From NCBI GenBank assembly GCA_038523235.1, contig JBCBJQ010000033.1, positions 1 through 52,607 on the forward strand: a DNA stretch of 52,607 bases, read 5' to 3'. Below the pieces are notes generated by a model that saw nothing but the letters and a program-made list of their open reading frames with translations, was not told where the DNA came from and did not search any database. Positions 1 through 9,693 of the stretch are shown here, piece after piece. The position numbers and the translations under genes are program-made. The DNA is from Cyanobacteria bacterium J06626_4. GTDB lineage: Bacteria > Cyanobacteriota > Cyanobacteriia > Phormidesmidales > Phormidesmidaceae. Position 1 is the first letter of the stretch. Each line of letters opens with the position of its first letter.

Positions 1-504
1 ATTCAAAGCTCGAGAAAGCTGGTTATCAAACTCACCTTCTAAGAGCTTTTCCTGAACTAGCTCTGATGCAATTTCTCTTTTCAAGTCTTCCATCTCAGAG
101 AAATATATTGAACCCTGAGCTCGCGACTGACTCAAAACATCAATCAAAGATAAAGGATAAAGATTTACCTCTAGATTGTCAGCATGGCTGATGAGTTCAA
201 TAGCTTTATTCACTCTTCCAGCTTCAATTAGTCTTATTGCTATTAAGTGAAGTAAGTGCCTAGCATCTTGCTCTGAAAAATTGGAATTTGGATCTTGAAT
301 GATCTCAATTGATTGCTCAAGAATTTCGTCAGGATTCTGCTCAGGTAGTCGTAATCTTGTTCCGTCTTTTAGAAAAGCATAGGATTTTTTACGAAGAAAA
401 GAATTGACAGAAAAATTCTCTAGCGGATCAAAGCTCGTATTTGATATTATTACCCCTCCAGTGAAGAAAAATAATAACAATCCGATATAACCAAATCTAT
501 TCAT
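1..504 (-). CDS. Partial hypothetical protein, secreted or membrane-anchored, running off the window start
   Basis: ATG at 504-502 opens a frame (MNRFGYIGLLLFFFTGGVIISNTSFDPLENF...) with no stop before position 1. Hydrophobic N-terminus; AT-rich. Not in the ORF track because it is truncated. Confidence 0.7.
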   Translation of the reverse strand, partial: MNRFGYIGLLLFFFTGGVIISNTSFDPLENFSVNSFLRKKSYAFLKDGTRLRLPEQNPDEILEQSIEIIQDPNSNFSEQDARHLLHLIAIRLIEAGRVNKAIELISHADNLEVNLYPLSLIDVLSQSRAQGSIYFSEMEDLKREIASELVQEKLLEGEFDNQLSRALN

Positions 505-779
505 GGTTGTAGGCAAAAAACACTAAACTTCTGTGCTGCTCAGTGAAAGACGTGATCCCACCTAAAGACAATATTCATTTTCTTCAGCAGCTCACCATCT
601 TGCTATTTGATGACATGACCCATCAATCCCATGAGGTCAACAGTGGCGGCTCCAATCAGTGGCTCAAATCGGCAGTGTTGAGTCAAATGCCCTTAGTGTA
701 GCTGTTGTTGATTAGCCAGAGAGTGAGGCCGTAAGCACCCGATCTCACAGACATTCCTCACAACCAACGGTCAGCAGGC

Positions 780-2414
780 TCACCGACTCCGCAGTTGCCG
801 CTTGAGACTTTTGCGCGGCAACCGAATCGTCAGCATGAGACAAATAATGTTGATCGTCACGATTAGCAGCAGCGTCATCCTCATGCCCGCGATCGCAGCC
901 CCATTAATGATCGAGTCGAGCGACGGCTGCACGGCGGTCGGAAATTGGGCGAACAGATCCCGCATTTCTGCTTTGGTAAAGGTCTGAACGGCTCGCTGTA
1001 GGTAACTGATGGCTGCACTGCGGAACTCTGGATCAACGTCTCGCCCCAGCTCCGCGATCGTGCCATCGACGATTTTGGTGGAAGCTACGGCAATCAAAAT
1101 GGTGCCTAAAATCCCGCGCCCTAGCGCCTGCCCGACCTTTTGTAAGGGGTTGAAAATCCCAGTCGCTTCGGGCTTTTCGCGACGACTCGCCGCCGCGTAG
1201 GTAATGGGGCCAATTTGCGACGTAAACAACCCCGACCCGACGCCAATCACAATCAATGCGGGCAACAGACCCAGTCGCGACACGCCCCCCTGAATGCTGC
1301 CCACCAGGATAAAAATGCCGATAATTTCAATCATCAAACCCGCCTGCACAATGCGGCGGGGCGGCACCTGCAGGTTGATAAACCGCACCATGGCAATCAA
1401 CACCACGACCATCGCCAGGTTGTAGGGCAAGACCGTCAGCGCCGTTTGAAACGAATTGAGACCCAAAACCGGCGGCACAAACTGAAAGAGATTAAACGAC
1501 AGGCCAGTAATCAGCGCTGAATGCAAGGTGGCGACGATCAGACCCGCCACAAAGGCCCGACGATTTAACAACCCGGCACTGACTAGCGATCGCCGCCCGG
1601 CGTGCGCCTGCTGTCGCTGCCAAAACCCAAACAGTCCCAGACACACCACGCCAGCGGCAATCAAAATCGGCACGATGGAAATGCCAAACGGAGCCAAGGG
1701 CAAGTTCAAAAAAAACAGCTCTTTTTTCGGCGTCCACCAGCCCAGCTCCCCCGCCAGGCTGACGCCCAGCAGCGTTGACCCCAGCCCCAGAAACGAAAAG
1801 CAGCCGCCCACCCAGTCAATCGGAGTCGCTTCAGAGCTAGATTCAGACGGGGCAATTTTGACCCAATAAACAATCAGCGGAATTAGGCACAGTTCAAGGG
1901 GAAACGCCAGCCGCCAGCTGTATCGAAAGGCGATCAATCCCCCAGCCAGCGAACCGATTAGTCCCCCGACAACCATGGAGAGCGTCAGCGCCAAAAAGGC
2001 GATTTTCTCGGCCTTGTCGTCATACAACTGATCCATCAGTGCCCAGGGAATGCTCACTAATGGCGTGGCAGCAATCCCCGTAATCAGGGCATAGCTGACG
2101 ACAAAGGATCCCATCGCCGGGCTCACCGACGCCAGCACCGTGCCGATCGCAAACAGAGCTAACCCACCGCGAAAGATGGCCTGACGACCGAGGCGACGAC
2201 TGAGGTTTTCACTGGTGGGAGCAAAGGAGGCCGTCACCAGCGACAGCAGCACTAACGCGCTCTGCACATAGCCGACGCTAGAGTCGAAGCTGCGCACCAG
2301 CGGCGGCATCATCGCGGGCACCACCCCAATGTGAAATGACACCATAAACAGGGTCAAACACAAGCCGATCGCGGCATTTCGTTTGGCAATAGCGGACGGT
2401 TGAGCAAGCGACAT
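780..2414 (-). CDS. MFS transporter (DHA2/EmrB-QacA-like)
   Basis: About 14 hydrophobic segments, motif-A-like 'ENLSRRLGRQ', 'SWRLAF' and 'IDWVGG' typical of 14-TMS MFS exporters. Confidence 0.85.
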   Translation of the reverse strand: MSLAQPSAIAKRNAAIGLCLTLFMVSFHIGVVPAMMPPLVRSFDSSVGYVQSALVLLSLVTASFAPTSENLSRRLGRQAIFRGGLALFAIGTVLASVSPAMGSFVVSYALITGIAATPLVSIPWALMDQLYDDKAEKIAFLALTLSMVVGGLIGSLAGGLIAFRYSWRLAFPLELCLIPLIVYWVKIAPSESSSEATPIDWVGGCFSFLGLGSTLLGVSLAGELGWWTPKKELFFLNLPLAPFGISIVPILIAAGVVCLGLFGFWQRQQAHAGRRSLVSAGLLNRRAFVAGLIVATLHSALITGLSFNLFQFVPPVLGLNSFQTALTVLPYNLAMVVVLIAMVRFINLQVPPRRIVQAGLMIEIIGIFILVGSIQGGVSRLGLLPALIVIGVGSGLFTSQIGPITYAAASRREKPEATGIFNPLQKVGQALGRGILGTILIAVASTKIVDGTIAELGRDVDPEFRSAAISYLQRAVQTFTKAEMRDLFAQFPTAVQPSLDSIINGAAIAGMRMTLLLIVTINIICLMLTIRLPRKSLKRQLRSR

Positions 2415-2517
2415 CAACGGCCTGATCTAGACGACTCTGTGCGGGCGGACGTAGCGGCTCCGGTGTTCTCTCATAAGCCAAGCCTACCAACGACTCTGTA
2501 ATACGTTCACATCGGTC

Positions 2518-2611
2518 AACCTCACCGCCTGCGACACCTCTCCTTGAGTAAGGAGAGGCTTATCTAGGTGTCTGGTTCCTCTCCTTGCAGAAGGAGAGGC
2601 TAGGTGAGGTT
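2518..2611. repeat. REP/MITE-like element with two CCTCTCCTT-N4-AAGGAGAGG hairpins inside 9-bp terminal inverted repeats
   Basis: AACCTCACC (2518-2526) and GGTGAGGTT (2603-2611); hairpins at 2537-2558 and 2578-2599. Confidence 0.75.
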
Positions 2612-2727
2612 CTTTAGCATCTCAAATCGGGAGGATATGCCTGAACCGAGGCTCCGCAAATAGACTGCTAAATCTTTGACGATGTACTTTGACTAGGTAC
2701 AAAGATAGGGCAAGACTGGGTGTCCGC

Positions 2728-5700
2728 TTAAGAGTCATCAGCGGGTTCAGCCGCATCGGGGGCGATCGGGGTGTCAATCAAGCCGGGAATCAGATCGTCC
2801 AGGGTTTGAGCGCCGTCTTCAATATCCCGCAGTACCGGTGCCGCCGCTTCCCGTTCTTGCACAAAGATGGCGGAGAGGGCATCGGCGAGATTTTCGGCCA
2901 TGGCGATGCGGTTGCGATAGACCAAGATCACCCGCGCCAAAATCGGCAGGCTGTTTTGCTCGGCTTCCAAATACAGCGGCTCGACATACAGCAGCGATCG
3001 CTCGATCGGAATCACCAGCAAATTGCCTTGGATTGCCCGTGACCCCTGCGTATTCCACAATGAAATCCGTTGCGAGATGGCCGGATCTTGATTGATGCGG
3101 GCTTCGATTTGCTCTGGCCCAAACACCAACACCTGCTTGGGAAAGCGATAGAGCAGCATTTCACCATAGCGATCGCCGGTCGAACTCGCCGCCAGCCAGG
3201 CCACCTGATTATTGCGCTGGGCGGGGGTAAAGGGCCGCAGCTGAATAAACTCCTCCGTTTCGGCGTCAGGCAGCCGCATGATCAGGTAATAGGGCTGCAC
3301 CTCCTGCGCTTCGTTGGCATAGATCTCATTAGGGGCGCGCCACTGATCTTCGCGGTTGTAGAACACCTGCGGATCGGTCATGTGGTACGTCATCAACTGG
3401 TTCGACTGCACCTCAAAATAATCCTGCGGGTAGCGGATATGGTCGAAGAGGGCCGGGGGCATCGCCTCAATCGGATGAAACATGCCCGGTAAGAGACGGC
3501 TCCAGGTTTGAATGATCGGGTCACCCGGATCGGTAATGAAGAATCGGGTCGCCCCGTTGTAGGCGTCGATGACGACCTTCACAGAGTTGCGAATGTAGTT
3601 GAAATCGTTGCCCAGCGGGTCGGAATAGGGATAGCGATCGCTGGTGGTGTAGGCATCGATCACCCAATACAGATAATCGGGCTCAGTGGGCGGAGCCCCG
3701 GTTTCATCCAACGGGGTACGGGTGCGCCAAGTGCGCGGATCTTCACCGATATCCGCGACCACCAGGTAAGGATCGGTATCAAAGCGCAGAAAGGGGGCGA
3801 TCGCTTCGACGCGATCGGTAATGCGGCGACGAAAGAGCAGGCGCGTCGAGTCGGTAAAGTCTTCGGTAAAGAGCATTTGCCAGTCTTTAAGGTGCCAGGC
3901 AAACAGCAGCCGCGTGAGGGGATTGGCCAGAGCAATGCCGCTGTCACCGCCATAGGTGGTGTAGGCATTATCGTCACCACTGGGATAATCAAGCTCGGGT
4001 ACCTGAGTATCGACCATGACGTAGGAATCGGTCAGCTCGCCAAAATAAATGCGCGGCTGGCCCACGGGAATGCTGCGCTGGACGTCTGGGTCGCTGGGGG
4101 TATGGTCGATGTCTTGAATGAAGTAAGTGGGCAATCCGTCTTCATCAGCGGTGTTCACCGGGCTCATGGTGAAACCATAGCCGTGGGTATAGACCAGATG
4201 CTGGTTCACCCAGGTTTTAGCTACATCGGGCACCTGTTCAAAGTTCAGCTCACGAGCCGAAATCAACACCTGCCGCAGGGACGTTGAGCCATCGTCTCGC
4301 TGCAACGAATAGCGATCGACATCGGCATCGGCAAATTCGTAATACAAGCGAATCTGCTGCAGCTGGCGGTTACTTTCCAGCAGGGGGCGGGTATCCCACA
4401 GGCGAATGTTGTCTAAGGTGAGGCGATTTTCTTCGAGGTCAGCAGCGACCAGATTGCCCTGCGGCTCAAAGGGCTGCACGTCAATATCGTCGAGGTCAAA
4501 GGCTTGGCGAGTGAGGGCGATCGCTCGTTCGATATACGGGGCTTCCCGCTGCAGTTCATTGGGTTTAACGACAATCTGCTGCACTACCCTCGGCAATACC
4601 AGCCCGCCCACCAAGGCCAGCAGCAGGTAAGCGACTAAACCCCACAGCAACGGGCGGGCCGATAACGGTCGAGCAGCGATCGCGGGCAACTTGGCATAGC
4701 GACGCTGGCCCACTTCCCCCAGCCAAACAAACACGTCGCGCACCCCCACTGACCAAAATACGGTGCGCCAGAGCATGCCCAACCCCAACAGCAGCGACAG
4801 CAGACTCAGCGCGGTATACACCGGTAGCCCCACCGTCACATCGGTGTAGCTCGCGCCGTACACCACCCCCTGGGGAGAATACAAAATCTCGTAGCGCCCC
4901 AGCCAGTGATTCAAACTGGTGGCGAGTAAGAGCACCCCACCCAAGCCATAGAGATGACGCTGCTGCGAGGGCAAAAAGCCGGGAAACCGGCCATTGCTCA
5001 AACTTTCGCCCGACGAAAGATAGATCAGCGTCACACTAACCAGGGCAAAAAACGTCAGACTGATCCACCAAAATTCCAGCACCTCTAGGAACGGCAGCCG
5101 AAACAGGTAATAGCTGATGTCTTGATCGAATAACGGATCGGTAGCCCCAAAACTAACCGGGTTGATGGCGGTCAGCACCTTCGTCCACTGCTCCGACAGC
5201 ACCAACCCCAAAGCAAAACTGGCAAAAATCGCCGCGATCGCCGTACAAAACTGCGGCAAAAAGACCAAGGCGATCGCCACCAGCAGCAGTGCTAACCCCT
5301 GCCAGGGCGCATCAATTAGCTGCTTTAGCACAGCCCCCAGCGCCTCGGGCTTTGCCCACAGTGGCAGCGGCGGCGCGGGATTGTAGACCGATGAGGTCAG
5401 CGCCCAGTAGCTCGCGACCACGCGGCCCAAATACAGCATTTGAATGCCGATGAGCAACGCCAGACCACTGCTCAGCGTCAGCAAGGGCAAGAGTCCTAGT
5501 CCCGGCGGAGACTTGCGCGGTGTCGTCGTTGGCGTCGGTCGCGCGGCGGGCAAGGCCGGAAACCGGCGGGCGATCGCCCAGTTGCCCCACAGCACCGCCA
5601 GACTCACCCCAGCCACGCCAGTGCCGAGCAAAAGCTGACTCCACAGCCGTAGTTGAAAGACGTCGCGATAGCCCGCATCCTCAAACCACAGCCCCTCAGC

Positions 5701-5796
5701 CCAAAAATAGGTGACCCCCTGAAAAATCAGGAAGCCTCCCAGGATGACGGTTACCCACGGCCAGCCGGGCCAGTGTCGGAGTCGTTTCTCTAACAT
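2728..5796 (-). CDS. UPF0182 family membrane protein
   Basis: Motifs 'DPLFDQDISYYLFRLP', 'NIRLWD', 'WVNQHLVYTHGYG', 'NYIRNSVKVVIDAYNG', 'GPEQIEARINQDP'. Confidence 0.92.
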   Translation of the reverse strand: MLEKRLRHWPGWPWVTVILGGFLIFQGVTYFWAEGLWFEDAGYRDVFQLRLWSQLLLGTGVAGVSLAVLWGNWAIARRFPALPAARPTPTTTPRKSPPGLGLLPLLTLSSGLALLIGIQMLYLGRVVASYWALTSSVYNPAPPLPLWAKPEALGAVLKQLIDAPWQGLALLLVAIALVFLPQFCTAIAAIFASFALGLVLSEQWTKVLTAINPVSFGATDPLFDQDISYYLFRLPFLEVLEFWWISLTFFALVSVTLIYLSSGESLSNGRFPGFLPSQQRHLYGLGGVLLLATSLNHWLGRYEILYSPQGVVYGASYTDVTVGLPVYTALSLLSLLLGLGMLWRTVFWSVGVRDVFVWLGEVGQRRYAKLPAIAARPLSARPLLWGLVAYLLLALVGGLVLPRVVQQIVVKPNELQREAPYIERAIALTRQAFDLDDIDVQPFEPQGNLVAADLEENRLTLDNIRLWDTRPLLESNRQLQQIRLYYEFADADVDRYSLQRDDGSTSLRQVLISARELNFEQVPDVAKTWVNQHLVYTHGYGFTMSPVNTADEDGLPTYFIQDIDHTPSDPDVQRSIPVGQPRIYFGELTDSYVMVDTQVPELDYPSGDDNAYTTYGGDSGIALANPLTRLLFAWHLKDWQMLFTEDFTDSTRLLFRRRITDRVEAIAPFLRFDTDPYLVVADIGEDPRTWRTRTPLDETGAPPTEPDYLYWVIDAYTTSDRYPYSDPLGNDFNYIRNSVKVVIDAYNGATRFFITDPGDPIIQTWSRLLPGMFHPIEAMPPALFDHIRYPQDYFEVQSNQLMTYHMTDPQVFYNREDQWRAPNEIYANEAQEVQPYYLIMRLPDAETEEFIQLRPFTPAQRNNQVAWLAASSTGDRYGEMLLYRFPKQVLVFGPEQIEARINQDPAISQRISLWNTQGSRAIQGNLLVIPIERSLLYVEPLYLEAEQNSLPILARVILVYRNRIAMAENLADALSAIFVQEREAAAPVLRDIEDGAQTLDDLIPGLIDTPIAPDAAEPADDS

Positions 5797-5810
5797 GCCT
5801 GCATTTTAGT

Positions 5811-5841
5811 CGGAAGTCCGAGTGCGGAAGTCGGAGTGCGG
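5811..5841. repeat. Short tandem repeat of paired heptamers (14-bp unit x2+), STRR-like
   Basis: CGGAAGTCCGAGTG / CGGAAGTCGGAGTG / CGG. Confidence 0.55.
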
Positions 5842-5881
5842 CATTCCGCCTTCAAAACCCCGACTTTACTAATGCCGAATG

Positions 5882-6571
5882 CTACTCACAGGTTTTGTTA
5901 GCAAAGTCACACTGATACACCACCGGCTCTTGCCAAGAGAGGGGAATTTCGAGCAGGTCGCGCGTGCCGGTGACGCCCATGCCCACAAACAGCAGCAGCG
6001 CGATCACATTCAAGGCAATATGACTCCGCCGCCAGGCTTTCGATTTGTAGATTTCAGGCAGGGCGGCGACAGAAATCACCATCAAAACGGCCGCAACGAT
6101 GCCGTAGTAATAGTGAGAGATAAACCATTCGTTAGAGCGACGAAAGATGCCGGGTTGGCAGCCCAGAATGATGATGCCCATGCTCGACAGAGTGGCAAAG
6201 GCCCCACGCCAGGCCGGGGTTTTGGCCTGATAGAGCACGATGAACGCGGCGATGGTCAATCCGTACATGGCCGCGATAAACACCACCTGAAATGGCGATT
6301 CGGCCCAGACGTTGTTGCCAACAATAGTTTTAATCAGAGGATGCGCCATGCCCAACAGAGAAATACCCACGACCGAAGCCGCCAACAATCGGCCAATTTT
6401 GACGTGCTCTTGACCCACGACCGGGGCAATTTTTGTCTTCTCTTTATTGACTGCGGCCAGTCGTCGCTGACGAGTCTGCAGCGCAAAGTAAGTCGCAATA
6501 CCAATCAACGGAAACACGTAAAAAACCGCGATCGCGGGATGAACCAGGCGAAAAATGTCAGTGGTGTTCAT
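5882..6571 (-). CDS. DUF4079-family cyanobacterial membrane protein
   Basis: 'HPAIAVFYVFPLIG...QTRQRRL', 'SHYYYG', 'WRRSHIALN', 'TGTRDLLEIPLSWQ'. Confidence 0.8.
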   Translation of the reverse strand: MNTTDIFRLVHPAIAVFYVFPLIGIATYFALQTRQRRLAAVNKEKTKIAPVVGQEHVKIGRLLAASVVGISLLGMAHPLIKTIVGNNVWAESPFQVVFIAAMYGLTIAAFIVLYQAKTPAWRGAFATLSSMGIIILGCQPGIFRRSNEWFISHYYYGIVAAVLMVISVAALPEIYKSKAWRRSHIALNVIALLLFVGMGVTGTRDLLEIPLSWQEPVVYQCDFANKTCE

Positions 6572-7006
6572 AGTCTCAACTTCAGCAACAGTACCAGTCA
6601 GCCCTTGGGAGAATTGTAGAGACTAATTCCCCGAGGCAATGTGTTTTCTAATCAAAAAGACTATAAGAATCTTGCCTGAGAACTGTCTGAGTAAGCCCTG
6701 ATAGGCATTAAAAATACCGATCGCTCCAGACAGCCCGGTCAATTGCTCAATTGAGTACCGTGTTTCATGGCCTGACAACGTGAGTCAAAACAACTTCATC
6801 AGCCTGTGACGAGGGCTCTTTCAGCCTCCCAATAACCTTCTCTCTGCTTCCCAGACAAGTGAGTGAGGTAAGGCGATCGCACTGGACTCAAAATTGCCAG
6901 CGTCTTCGCATCGGGCAAACCACACGGCGGGAAAATCAGTTATTGGGAGAGGGCTCCTGAATATTTCCTTGGCAACTCAGCGCTGAGAGAAACCAACAGA
7001 CAGCGT

Positions 7007-7750
7007 TTACCGTCGAAATTCTATAGCCCTCATTGCAGAACTCTCTTTCCCTTCCTTCGGCAACCTATCTTGCTCAGGATATTGGCTTAGGGTGGCTTGC
7101 AACGCTTGAAAGCTGATATTTACCAGAAAGCTAGTCCAGCTCACAATGCCTAAAAACTTAAAGGAGTCTTCCACAAAGACTCCAGAGTTAAACGACAGAG
7201 GCACAAAAGGGGCATCAACCAGGAAGTCAACCCCCATTGAGGCACTAAAGAATACAAGTGAAATCCAAAACAGAATTGACCTTCTAACAAATAGAATCTT
7301 CCGAAAATATTGCATAGATAACAGCAAAAAAGCTGCATAAATCGGAAACAGAATCATTTCATGGATATGCAGTGCATATGTTCCTTCATGCAGCATAAGA
7401 AGATCATCTAGCAAGAGCATAGAAGTAAACAAACCAAAGCTCAGAAAAAAACGAGCCAAGAACGTAGAATATCTAACTTGCTTATAGATAATGTGAGAGA
7501 AAAGGCATATACTGGCGGCGATCGTCCAAAGCAATATTCCCACAGTTGAGACTAGCCCAGTAAGCTGATGTCCTTCAAGAACTGCAACTGGATCACGAGT
7601 CAAATCAGATAGGCGCAGCTCAAGATCAGTTGCCGCGATCACCGCCACAATACATAGAAACAGCAGAGACCCACCATACAGTGCGATCATTGCTGTGGCA
7701 CTCTTATGCTGATTGATGGCCGCAGAAAAAGACGAGGACTGATTTGGCAT
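7007..7750 (-). CDS. Hypothetical polytopic membrane protein
   Basis: 247-aa AT-rich ORF with about 6 hydrophobic segments; motifs 'LTRDP', 'LLLDDLLMLHE', 'EDSFKFLG'. Confidence 0.75.
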   Translation of the reverse strand: MPNQSSSFSAAINQHKSATAMIALYGGSLLFLCIVAVIAATDLELRLSDLTRDPVAVLEGHQLTGLVSTVGILLWTIAASICLFSHIIYKQVRYSTFLARFFLSFGLFTSMLLLDDLLMLHEGTYALHIHEMILFPIYAAFLLLSMQYFRKILFVRRSILFWISLVFFSASMGVDFLVDAPFVPLSFNSGVFVEDSFKFLGIVSWTSFLVNISFQALQATLSQYPEQDRLPKEGKESSAMRAIEFRR

Positions 7751-8559
7751 GCTTTATACTCACCAAGCACTTTGACACTCACTACTTAACTTACTCTTAA
7801 ACTCAAGATAATGTGGCGAGAGATCGAATTTTGAACGCTTTCTTAACAGAAATACCGAGATTTCAAGAGCAAAGTACCCTCAAGAAAAATAGAATCCTGA
7901 ATCATCAAGGTTTTTGAGATATCTAAAATGAGAAAAATAAGAAAAAAGTAAGAAAAATAAGAGTTGAAATGAGAAAAATGAGAAACTATCGCTTTCTGTA
8001 ATGGATGTTGAAGCAGCAAGATATTTCCAGAAGCGGCACAAGCGTTTTGTGCTCTTGGGCTGGCTTGAGGTGCTGCCGTCAGCGACCATTCAACGTTGCA
8101 GAAGTGGCTGGCATAGGCTTGTTTAAGACTTGGAAATCAGTTTCCAATAAACGCAAAGGCTGAAAAGACAAAGCCACAGTGGATAGGCAACCTTTTCGAA
8201 TCGGCGAAATTGATGATGTGCTAACCCATGAGGATCAATGAGGTGAGGCGGGTCAATCTCTGAGTGATTTCATCGGCACGGTGAGGGGGCGTTTCCGCCC
8301 AATTGTGATCCGCTCTTGGGGGGCGTGAGCCTCTGAGAAAACGTCCAGAAGCAATCAATCGAAGGCTTTCAAGTCAACGTAGCTCTGGCCAGAGTTGAGC
8401 TGCCGCGATCGCTCCGGCGACAATTACTCGGCTAAGTCCCCAAGGGTGAGCCATATTGTAGAGATAGGCCAAATGCCGTCGCTGGAGAGCTCCTGGATGG
8501 ATCGGAGATGCTTTTGAACACCGATTGGGCAGATATCAGTGCGTTGCTGGAGACGTCCG

Positions 8560-9624
8560 ATGTCCGTTGATGCTTCACCAAGGCGTCGCGAGATGCCAGG
8601 GGCCGATCCGTGGCTGGCCGTGAACTACGCGCTAATCTGGCCTGGTTTGGGCCAGCTGTATAGTCGCCATTGGGTTAAGGGCAGCAGCCTGGTAGCGATC
8701 GCCCTGGGCCTGCTGCTTTATGCCGTGTGGTCAATTTTTTCAGCTAACGGCAATACGGTGTGGGGGTTTGGGGCGATCGTCGCCCTAATACTGCTCTATG
8801 CCTTCAACATTTTGGATGCCTATCGCGGCACGCAGCCGGGTTACGCCGCCCGCATTACAGTGCCCAAGGGCCGTTTAGATCCTTGGTATGCCGTCTTTTT
8901 ATCGCAGATTTTGCCCGGCCTCGGGCATCTCTACACACAGCAGGCGATGATCGGGGGTGCCTTGCTCGTGTTGGGCATCGTCACTGCCTGGCTAGCCTCT
9001 CAGCTTCCTCTACTGCTGCCCGTGCCACCGGCGATTTGGGCTTTCAGCTGTTATCACCTGTACTCAATCTTTCCCCATCGGACGAAGCGCCAGTCGGGGG
9101 CGATCGCGGCCTTGATTTTAGGTCTGTTCTTAATGCGGCTAATGTTGGGCCATGCCCCCCATTGGGTGCATGAGTCATTCATTCAAGGTATTGTGCCTAG
9201 CGACTCGATGACGCCGACGCTGCAGGTGGGCGATCGCCTGTTTGTCCGGCGCGATCAGCCCTATCAGCCGCGAGTCGGTGATGTCATCGTGTTTGAACCG
9301 CCGCCCGCTGTCGCGCAGCGATCGGCGGCGGCCGCATCCACCCTCTTTGTCAAACGTCTGATCGGTTTGCCCGGACAGCAGATTGCCGTGGCACAGGGGC
9401 AGATATTGGTGGACGGGCAAGTGCTGGCGGAGCCCTACCAACCATCGCCGCCGACCTATCAGTGGGGGCCAGAACGCGTGCCCCCTGACAGCTATTTTGT
9501 GCTGGGTGATAACCGGGACTTCAGCGATGATTCGCATATTTGGGGCTATCTACCCGCCGAGAATCTGCTGGGCAAAGCCTACAAAATCTACTGGCCCCCC
9601 GAGCGGATTCGCCCATTGGAGTGA
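8560..9624 (+). CDS. lepB: Signal peptidase I with duplicated N-terminal membrane module
   Basis: S26 boxes 'VPSDSMTPTL', 'GDRLFV', 'FVKRLIGLPG', 'GDNRDFSDDSHIWG'; GGAG upstream of ATG 8560. Confidence 0.9.
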   Translation: MSVDASPRRREMPGADPWLAVNYALIWPGLGQLYSRHWVKGSSLVAIALGLLLYAVWSIFSANGNTVWGFGAIVALILLYAFNILDAYRGTQPGYAARITVPKGRLDPWYAVFLSQILPGLGHLYTQQAMIGGALLVLGIVTAWLASQLPLLLPVPPAIWAFSCYHLYSIFPHRTKRQSGAIAALILGLFLMRLMLGHAPHWVHESFIQGIVPSDSMTPTLQVGDRLFVRRDQPYQPRVGDVIVFEPPPAVAQRSAAAASTLFVKRLIGLPGQQIAVAQGQILVDGQVLAEPYQPSPPTYQWGPERVPPDSYFVLGDNRDFSDDSHIWGYLPAENLLGKAYKIYWPPERIRPLE

Positions 9625-9679
9625 GGGTTCAGGCAAGGGCATTGCCATTCTGATAGGGAGGTTAGACGACGGTTCCCCT

Positions 9680-9688
9680 TGGTAGAAT
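9680..9688 (+). promoter_or_regulatory. Extended -10 element (TGgTAGAAT) for the 6S RNA
   Basis: TG-n-TAGAAT about 6 nt before the predicted RNA 5' end. Confidence 0.6.
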
Positions 9689-9693
9689 GGAAA

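Noticed and set aside
3508..4287. Long antisense ORFs (this one, 5879-6619, 11067-12095, 38743-39489 and others)
   Set aside because: They are shadows of well-supported genes on the opposite strand, expected in GC-rich coding DNA.
7880..8089. 69-aa Phe-rich ORF
   Set aside because: Its hydrophobicity comes from reading the purine-rich repeat tract in reverse.
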